Assembly (NCBI GenBank): GCA_965220745.1
Contig: CBDCQT010000013.1
Coordinates: forward strand, 96,001-160,000
Length of the DNA stretch: 64,000 nucleotides
Source: Alphaproteobacteria bacterium
Lineage (GTDB): Bacteria > Pseudomonadota > Alphaproteobacteria > UBA828
Direction of reading: 5' to 3'
The notes below the pieces were generated by a model that was given only the letters and a program-made list of their open reading frames with translations, had not been told where the DNA came from and did not search any database. The position numbers were made by a program, and so were the translations under genes. This document shows, one piece after another, positions 58,220 to 64,000 of this stretch; positions within the stretch are counted from its first letter, which is position 1, and each line of letters opens with the position of its first letter.

Positions 58220-59167
58220 ATGAACCAGCAGGAAGCCCCACCGCCGCGGGCGGCCGCCACATCCACAGGCGGCAGCATGCCGAGCCCGCTTCAGCTCGAG
58301 ATGGCGCGAAACATCCTGGAATATCTGTGCCGCCGCGAGATGAGTGCAGGAAATCACCTCACCGAGCAGGAGCTGGTGCGCGAGTTCAAGGTGTCGCGAT
58401 CGCCCATCCGGGGCGCGCTGTCGTACCTGGCAAACATGGGGATCGTCGAACGGCGGCCCAACCGCGGCTACTTCGTCAAGCTGAGCGGCAGTGAGCTCCG
58501 TCTCGACAGTCTGGAATTGCCCAGAACGGACGACGAAGAGCTCCTGCTCACGGTGGTGGAAGACTGGTTCGAGAAGAGGGTGCCGCAGTCGTTTTCCGAG
58601 GCGGAATTCCGCAGACGCTACGGGTTGGGCAAGATGACCGCCTCGCGCATCCTCGTGAAGCTGTCCGAGGATGGCATCATTTCGCGAAATCGCGGTCACG
58701 GGTGGCGATTCGAGCCAACGCTCAACACCAAGGGCGCGCGCGACGAGAGCTTCGCCTTCCGCATGGCCCTGGAGCCGGCCGCGATTTGCTCGCCGACCTT
58801 CGAGCTCGATCGCGGCCTGGCGGACATGTGTCGTCGCAGGCACGACACGGCGCTGCGGCAGCGGGAGCTGCCTTCGTACAGCACGTTGATCGAAATCGAC
58901 GCCATGTTTCACCGACTGATCGGTGTTTCATCGCGCAACAGATACTTCCTGGTGGCCATCGAGCGACAAATTTCTCTCCGGCGCAGTCTGGAGTATGCAA
59001 CCTGGACTGCCGTGAGAGCGCGCGTGATCGAGTCCTGTGGCGAGCACATGGAAATTCTGGACGCACTGGAGATAAATCGGCGCGATGACGCCGCCGAGAT
59101 GATGCGACTCCACCTCGCCGGCTCTCTCGACCTCACCACCTGGCGCGAGCTCGGCAACGCCGACTGA
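58220..59167 (+). CDS. GntR family regulator with two wHTH domains plus an FCD domain
   Basis: First HTH (LTEQELVREFKVSRSPIRGAL...PNRGYFV), second HTH (FSEAEFRRRYG...RNRGHGWRF), FCD (FRMALEP, DAMFH, EHMEILDAL). Confidence 0.85.
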   Translation: MNQQEAPPPRAAATSTGGSMPSPLQLEMARNILEYLCRREMSAGNHLTEQELVREFKVSRSPIRGALSYLANMGIVERRPNRGYFVKLSGSELRLDSLELPRTDDEELLLTVVEDWFEKRVPQSFSEAEFRRRYGLGKMTASRILVKLSEDGIISRNRGHGWRFEPTLNTKGARDESFAFRMALEPAAICSPTFELDRGLADMCRRRHDTALRQRELPSYSTLIEIDAMFHRLIGVSSRNRYFLVAIERQISLRRSLEYATWTAVRARVIESCGEHMEILDALEINRRDDAAEMMRLHLAGSLDLTTWRELGNAD

Positions 59168-59201
59168 GTCACCGTGTCGAGCGGGACGAGAGCCGGCAGC
59201 C

Positions 59202-59759
59202 TCAGTCGTTGAAGGGGACGTGGGCGACGCTTTCGTCGACCTCGATGCCGAGCACGGCGCAGAAGCTGCCGAGCAGCTGGTAGTAGCCGATCATCACCAC
59301 GAGATCGACGAGGCCGGCGTCGCCGAGTTCCGCGCGCAGCCGGGCCACCAAGGCGTCGTCCACGTCTTCGCCGCTGGCGACGAGGCGGGCGAGGCGGAGC
59401 GCGGGCCCCACGGGCGCGGGCTCCGAGTCCATCGCCGGCGTGCCGACCACGGCCCGGAAGCGCTCCGGCACCTTGTGGATGTGGTGGTCCCACTCGAAGA
59501 CGTTGCCCACGGCCTGCGAGACCGTGCAGATGACCATCTCGCGCAGGTCGTTATCGAGCGCCGAGTGCCAGCGCACGTGCTCGCCCACCGAGGCGACGGC
59601 CCGGAGCGCCTCCGGGCTTTGCCCCATGACCGCGAACATGTTGGGCATGAAGGCGAGCTTGCGGGTCTCGACCACGTGGTCCCAGATCGGCACCTGCTCG
59701 GCTGAGAGGTCATCGCGCTCCGCCCGCGGCAGGCGCGGGGCTGCGGCATAGCTGGTCAT
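59202..59759 (-). CDS. Carboxymuconolactone decarboxylase/AhpD-like protein
   Basis: PNMFAVMGQSP, LREMVIC, FEWDHH, DLVVMIGYY. Confidence 0.8.
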   Translation of the reverse strand: MTSYAAAPRLPRAERDDLSAEQVPIWDHVVETRKLAFMPNMFAVMGQSPEALRAVASVGEHVRWHSALDNDLREMVICTVSQAVGNVFEWDHHIHKVPERFRAVVGTPAMDSEPAPVGPALRLARLVASGEDVDDALVARLRAELGDAGLVDLVVMIGYYQLLGSFCAVLGIEVDESVAHVPFND

Positions 59760-59777
59760 CGGATTCTCTCTTTCGTG

Positions 59778-59867
59778 TTCCCTCAGGCGCCGGGCGCTCG
59801 CTCCGCTTGCTTGGCTACGCGCCATTCGGCGCGGCGCGCAGTCGCGCGCTCCGGACCTGCGGTCCGG
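59778..59867 (+). repeat. Dispersed structured element, copy C
   Basis: TTCCCTCAGGCGCCGGGCGCTCGCTCCGCTTGCTTGGCTACGCGCC...CCGGACCTGCGGTCCGG. Colinear with copy A. Confidence 0.85.
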
Positions 59868-59900
59868 TTGTTCATATTTTCACCAGCGAGATGACCCCGT

Positions 59901-60917
59901 TCAATCCGCGAAGGCCTCGATCATCGCCTCGTGATTGGCCAAAGATTCCTCGCGCTCGACGAAGGGGTTGGGGCAGTAGAGCAGCACGGTCTCGAACAGC
60001 TCCTCGAAGCGGTCGAGCTGGCCGCGCACGTCGTCGGGCGTGCCGGCGAGCGCCAGTGCGTCGATCATGTCCTCGGTCACGAGCTCGGCCATGGCGGCCA
60101 CGTCGGCCCGTGCCCAGGCCTCGCGGATCGCGAGCTTCTCGCGCGTGAAGCCCGCCGGGTCGAGCACCTGGTCGAAGTAGGGGAGCCGCGTATAGAAGGC
60201 GACGCAGGGCCGCGCCCGTTGCCTGGCGCGGGCGCGGTCCTTGTCCACCGAGCAGATCTTCACCGCGCAGTGCTCGAACGCCGAGGGGTCGCGGCCGGCC
60301 CTGGAAAGCCCTTCCTTGACCGCCGGGTGCACGATCTCGGTGAAGTAATGCGGCGTGTTGAGCACGTTGGCGAGCAGGCCGTCTCCCACCTCGCCCGCCA
60401 GCCGCAGCATCCCCTTCTGCACCGCGGCGAGGTAGATCGGCGGCGGCTCGCAGGGCGGCGCAATCAGGCGGCGATAGTCGCGCACCGTGATGATCTCGCC
60501 TTCGTAGTCGATCGGCGCGGTGGGAGACGCGGTCCACATCCGCCTGATCGAATTCACATACTCGCGCATGCGCTGAACCGGCCGCCGGTACGAAACCCCG
60601 TGCCAATTCTCGTTCCATTCCTTTGGCGCGGTGCCGAGGCCGAGCACGAAACGCCCGCCCGTGAGCTCGGCCATCGACATGGCGCTGATCTCGGTCATTG
60701 CCGGGGGCCGGGCGAAGACGGCGACGCCGGTGCCGAGGCGCGCGCGCTTGCACCGGGCCGCCATGCCGGCGAGCGGCACGAAGGCATCGCGGCCGAGCTC
60801 GGTGGTCCAGAGGCTTTCCGCGCCCGCGTCCTCGGCTTTGGCCGCGAAGTCGATGGTTTCCTGCAGCGTCAGGTTGTCGCCGCTGAAGAGCACGCCCCAT
60901 TTCCACTTGCGGGCCAT
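59901..60917 (-). CDS. LLM-class (luciferase-like, Mer/F420-type) oxidoreductase
   Basis: AEDAGAESLWTTE, LGTGVA, GGRFVLGLG, PIYLAA, AGTPDDV. Confidence 0.85.
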   Translation of the reverse strand: MARKWKWGVLFSGDNLTLQETIDFAAKAEDAGAESLWTTELGRDAFVPLAGMAARCKRARLGTGVAVFARPPAMTEISAMSMAELTGGRFVLGLGTAPKEWNENWHGVSYRRPVQRMREYVNSIRRMWTASPTAPIDYEGEIITVRDYRRLIAPPCEPPPIYLAAVQKGMLRLAGEVGDGLLANVLNTPHYFTEIVHPAVKEGLSRAGRDPSAFEHCAVKICSVDKDRARARQRARPCVAFYTRLPYFDQVLDPAGFTREKLAIREAWARADVAAMAELVTEDMIDALALAGTPDDVRGQLDRFEELFETVLLYCPNPFVEREESLANHEAMIEAFAD

Positions 60918-60934
60918 CGTCTTTCTCTCTCTTG

Positions 60935-62677
60935 TCAGCGGGGCTTGGCGCGGAGCGCGGCGGTGGCGGCTTGGTCGACCGCGCCGTCGACGGCGATGAT
61001 GACTCCGTACTGATCCCGCGCGCGCTCGGCCGAGATGTAGCCGTCGGCGACGTCGGCGGCGACCGCCTCTGCCGGGCGGGTGAAGGGATCGCCGAAGCCG
61101 CCGCCGCCGCCGGTCACCACGGCGACGCGGTCGCCCTCGCTCAGCGCCTCATAGGGGATGCGCGCGACCCGCTTGACCGAGCCGTTGCTCTCGATCCGCA
61201 TGTAGTTGTTGGAGCCTTCGCCGCCGCCCTCAAGGCCCCAGGGGCGCTCGATGGAGCGGCCGATGCTGCAATAGGTGTGCGCGTCCGCGCCGGCCACCTC
61301 GAACTCGCGGACCACGCCGAAGCCGCCACGGTGGCGGCCGGCGCCGGCGCCGTCCTCGACGTTGAGGGCGTAGCGGCGGATGGCGAGGGGGAACTTGGCC
61401 TCGAAGAGCTCGACCGAATAGTTGTAAGTGTCGCCGTCGGTGGTGGCGATCAGCGCGCTGGTGCCGTCGCCCGACGCGGTCGCGCCCCAGCCGCCGATCG
61501 CGGGCTCGATGTGGACGTAGACCTCGCCGCTCTCCGGGTCGCGGCCGTAGAAGTATGTGCCGGCGAGGCTCATGTAGGAGCCGGCGCTGAAGCGCTCCGG
61601 CGCGACTTCGGCCAGCGCCTTCCAGGCGAGCTCCGAGGCATGGGCCGAGCCTTCGTAGTACCAGCCGGTGGGCGCGGGCTTCTCGGCGGTGAACACGGTG
61701 CCGGGCGGGCAGACCAGGCTTACCGGGCGGAACCAGCCCTCGTTGGAGGGCGCCTGCGGGTCCACCAGCGACTTGAACACGGTCTTGACCGCCGAATCCA
61801 GCGCCCCGAAGGCGCAGTTGATCGGCCCCTTGACCATCGGGCTGGTGCCGGTGAAGTCGAAGGCGATGGTGTCGCCCCGGATGCGCACGACGACGGCGAC
61901 GCGAAAGCGCTCCTCGGTGATGCCGTCGCCGTCGATCCAGTCTTCCGCGGCGTAGTCGCCGTCGGGCAGCGCCGCGACCGCGGCCCGGCTCAGGCGCTCG
62001 CTGGTCTCCAGGATGCGGCCGAAGGTGGCCTTGACCGCGTGGGTGCCGTAGCGGGCGAGGACCTCGCGCAGCCGCGTTTCGGCGATGCGCACGGCGGCGA
62101 GGCCCGCGTTGAAGTCGCCCAGCGACTGCACCGGCAGGCGCACGTTCTCGCGGATCAGCGCGATCACGTCGTCGATGGTCTCGTCGTCCCGGCAGACCCG
62201 GATGCCGGGGAAGCGCACGCCCTCCTGATAGATCTCGGTGGCGGTGGGCGAGATGCTGCCGGGCACGGCGCCGCCGACCTCGCTCCAATGGGCCACGGAG
62301 ATGGCGAAGGCGAAGAGCCGGCCCTCCACGAAGATCGGCTTGATCAGCGCGATGTCGCAGCTGTGGGTGCCGCCCTCGAAGGGGTCGTTGGTCATGAAGA
62401 CGTCGCCCGGCCGCATGGTCTCGCCGTGGCGGCGCACGATCGAGCGCACTTGCGGTGCGAAGGTGCCGGTGAAGAGGGTGATGCCGTTGGTCTGCACCAC
62501 GAGCTCGCCGTCGGCATCGCAGAGGCCGCAGGCGAAGTCGAGCACCTCGTAGATCACGGGGCTCATGGAGGTCTTGGCGATGACGATGCCCATCTCGTCG
62601 GCAAGCGCGAGCAGCTTGCCGCGAATGATCTCGCGCGTGACCGGATCGGCGGCGGACTCGTTAGCGGGTGCGGTCAT
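60935..62677 (-). CDS. Hydantoinase B/oxoprolinase family protein with no adjacent A subunit
   Basis: ATG at 62677. NDPFEGGTH, GGAVPGS, GAGRHRGG, TGGGGGFGDP. Confidence 0.9.
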   Translation of the reverse strand: MTAPANESAADPVTREIIRGKLLALADEMGIVIAKTSMSPVIYEVLDFACGLCDADGELVVQTNGITLFTGTFAPQVRSIVRRHGETMRPGDVFMTNDPFEGGTHSCDIALIKPIFVEGRLFAFAISVAHWSEVGGAVPGSISPTATEIYQEGVRFPGIRVCRDDETIDDVIALIRENVRLPVQSLGDFNAGLAAVRIAETRLREVLARYGTHAVKATFGRILETSERLSRAAVAALPDGDYAAEDWIDGDGITEERFRVAVVVRIRGDTIAFDFTGTSPMVKGPINCAFGALDSAVKTVFKSLVDPQAPSNEGWFRPVSLVCPPGTVFTAEKPAPTGWYYEGSAHASELAWKALAEVAPERFSAGSYMSLAGTYFYGRDPESGEVYVHIEPAIGGWGATASGDGTSALIATTDGDTYNYSVELFEAKFPLAIRRYALNVEDGAGAGRHRGGFGVVREFEVAGADAHTYCSIGRSIERPWGLEGGGEGSNNYMRIESNGSVKRVARIPYEALSEGDRVAVVTGGGGGFGDPFTRPAEAVAADVADGYISAERARDQYGVIIAVDGAVDQAATAALRAKPR

Positions 62678-62834
62678 GGTCCCTCCCGGCGCGGGATTGT
62701 TCCCGAGGCTCAGGTATCGCGCAAGCGGGCGGGTCCGTCCGCGCCGGGCAGGAGACCCCGCACCATGGTGCGGTGGCGGCGGCGACAGCCGGGCATCACG
62801 ATGCGCCGTTTCGTCCGATACGAAAGGAGTCATC

Positions 62835-63707
62835 GTGGCCACACAGCGACAGATCGAAGCCAACCGCCGAAACGCCCAGTCGAGCACCGGCCCGAAGACC
62901 GAGGCCGGCAAGGCCGCGTCGTCGGCAAACGCGCTCAGCCACGGCCTTACGGCCGCCGACAACGTGGTGCTGCCGGAGGAAAACCCCGATGAATTCGAGC
63001 GGCTCAGGGAGGGCGTGATCGCCGACCTCCAGCCGGCGGGCGCGCTGCAGGAGGCACTGGCGCATCGCGTCGCCGTGCTGCTCTGGCGACTCGACCGCGT
63101 CGCCCGGTTCGAAGCCGGGCTCTTCGTTCACGGCCAACTCACCGTGATACGCGACAGGGTGGGCGACCCGTTTCGTTCTTCAAGCATCTTGCAGGGTCTC
63201 GCCGACCTGCCGAAGGAGGTCACGCAGCTGCAGGAGAAGTGTGCACGGTTCAAGCGCAGGATCGACGAGGACATCCAGGCCCAGGCACCCTCCGCTCAGG
63301 TGCTGGTGGAGCGGCGCCAGAGTGCGCGCGCCTTCGACCAGATTGCGCGCCACGAGGCGATGCTGCAGCGGTCGCTGAACCGGACGCTGGACGAGTTTCG
63401 CCGCTTGCGCGACGCATCGGCTGCGGCAGCCGGATCGAAGGCGCCGCCGCCGGCCGCGCCGGCCGATCCCGACCCTGCGCCGGCTCGCGACGTTCCCCCG
63501 CCCGCGTCTGCGGGCCCGCAGCCCGATAGCGGCGAGGCCCAAGGCGAGGCCGGGCGCACGGGCGAAAAAGCGTTTTTGCAAAACGAAGCCAATTCAGCGC
63601 AAACGCCTGACCTGGAAGCCGATTCGAAAGCCGGTACGGAATCGCCGCAGGCCGGGACCGGAGGGCCGCCACTCCCAAGAACGGAACTCGCGCCAGGGCA
63701 CGATTAG
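62835..63707 (+). CDS. Conserved hypothetical protein (ANRRNA..STGPKT..GK..NAL.HGL type)
   Basis: AAAGGAG ribosome-binding site before GTG 62835. N-terminal STGP/HGL motif, helical core with WRLxR, Pro/Ala-rich tail containing LQNEAN. Confidence 0.75.
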   Translation: MATQRQIEANRRNAQSSTGPKTEAGKAASSANALSHGLTAADNVVLPEENPDEFERLREGVIADLQPAGALQEALAHRVAVLLWRLDRVARFEAGLFVHGQLTVIRDRVGDPFRSSSILQGLADLPKEVTQLQEKCARFKRRIDEDIQAQAPSAQVLVERRQSARAFDQIARHEAMLQRSLNRTLDEFRRLRDASAAAAGSKAPPPAAPADPDPAPARDVPPPASAGPQPDSGEAQGEAGRTGEKAFLQNEANSAQTPDLEADSKAGTESPQAGTGGPPLPRTELAPGHD

Positions 63708-63738
63708 ACCTTACCTGATCGCTGCAGCCCGAAGAGCG

Positions 63739-63830
63739 CCCACCTCCCGCTGTCCCCTCCTAAACTTGTACGTTTCCCTCAGTCGGCGGGCGCTCGCATC
63801 ACGCGCCCGCGCGCGTGTGGCCGCGCGACG
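63739..63830 (+). repeat. Reverse REP half followed by degenerate element copy D
   Basis: CCCACCTCCCGCTGTCCCCTCC (reverse complement of the REP tail), then TTTCCCTCAGTCGGCGGGCGCTCGC from 63773. Confidence 0.6.
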
Positions 63831-64000
63831 CTCTGATGTCCTTCGTCAAGCAAGAGTTCGAACGGACCTATCAAGCGCCAAGCGGCGCCTGAGTTTCGCA
63901 AGTCGCGCGCATAGCGGTGGGAACGCGGCCCAGGACGTTGGTGAACAAGCTCTGATGCGCGGGTCGAGACCGCATGTCCGTGTCTGCGTCCGGGGCTGGT

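Noticed and set aside
63825-63960. CTGATG motifs suggesting a hammerhead ribozyme
   Set aside because: The CUGANGA core is incomplete and I could not place a GAAA with the three stems.
1-64000. CRISPR array, integron, transposase, integrase or prophage genes
   Set aside because: I saw no regularly spaced repeats and no ORF with Cas, DDE, HUH, tyrosine/serine recombinase or phage structural motifs.

Overview
High-GC (roughly 65-70% by eye) bacterial chromosomal window, most likely alphaproteobacterial (inference from the serS-surE-nlpD and DUF1285-NudL-cca gene orders and the tRNA-Met sequence). It is mostly catabolic and transport genes: beta-oxidation (acyl-CoA ligases, thiolase, FadN-like), several amide/lactam hydrolases (nitrilase family, acetamidase, amidase, three hydantoinase/oxoprolinase subunits), flavin monooxygenases, a LIV-type ABC transporter, plus gpmI, serS, surE, nlpD, cca, tRNA-Val(CAC) and tRNA-Met(CAT). 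I see no integrase, transposase, CRISPR array or rRNA, but there are several footprints of DNA movement. (1) A dispersed intergenic element occurs in 4 copies, has hairpins with compensatory changes, and is nested in or next to REP-like palindromes. (2) A region of lower apparent GC beside the tRNA-Met 3' end contains a hybrid kinase-regulator and a STAS gene bracketed by 75-bp direct repeats, each carrying an IHF-consensus site and a hairpin. (3) A 2.7-kb islet (solute-binding protein plus double-HTH GntR) is bracketed by a duplicated 3' end of a CMD/AhpD-like gene. (4) There is an intact MNT-HEPN pair and a decayed HI1419/HI1420-like toxin-antitoxin locus next to a SprT-like protease with two SH3-like repeats. 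All family assignments come from motif recognition by eye, not database searches.
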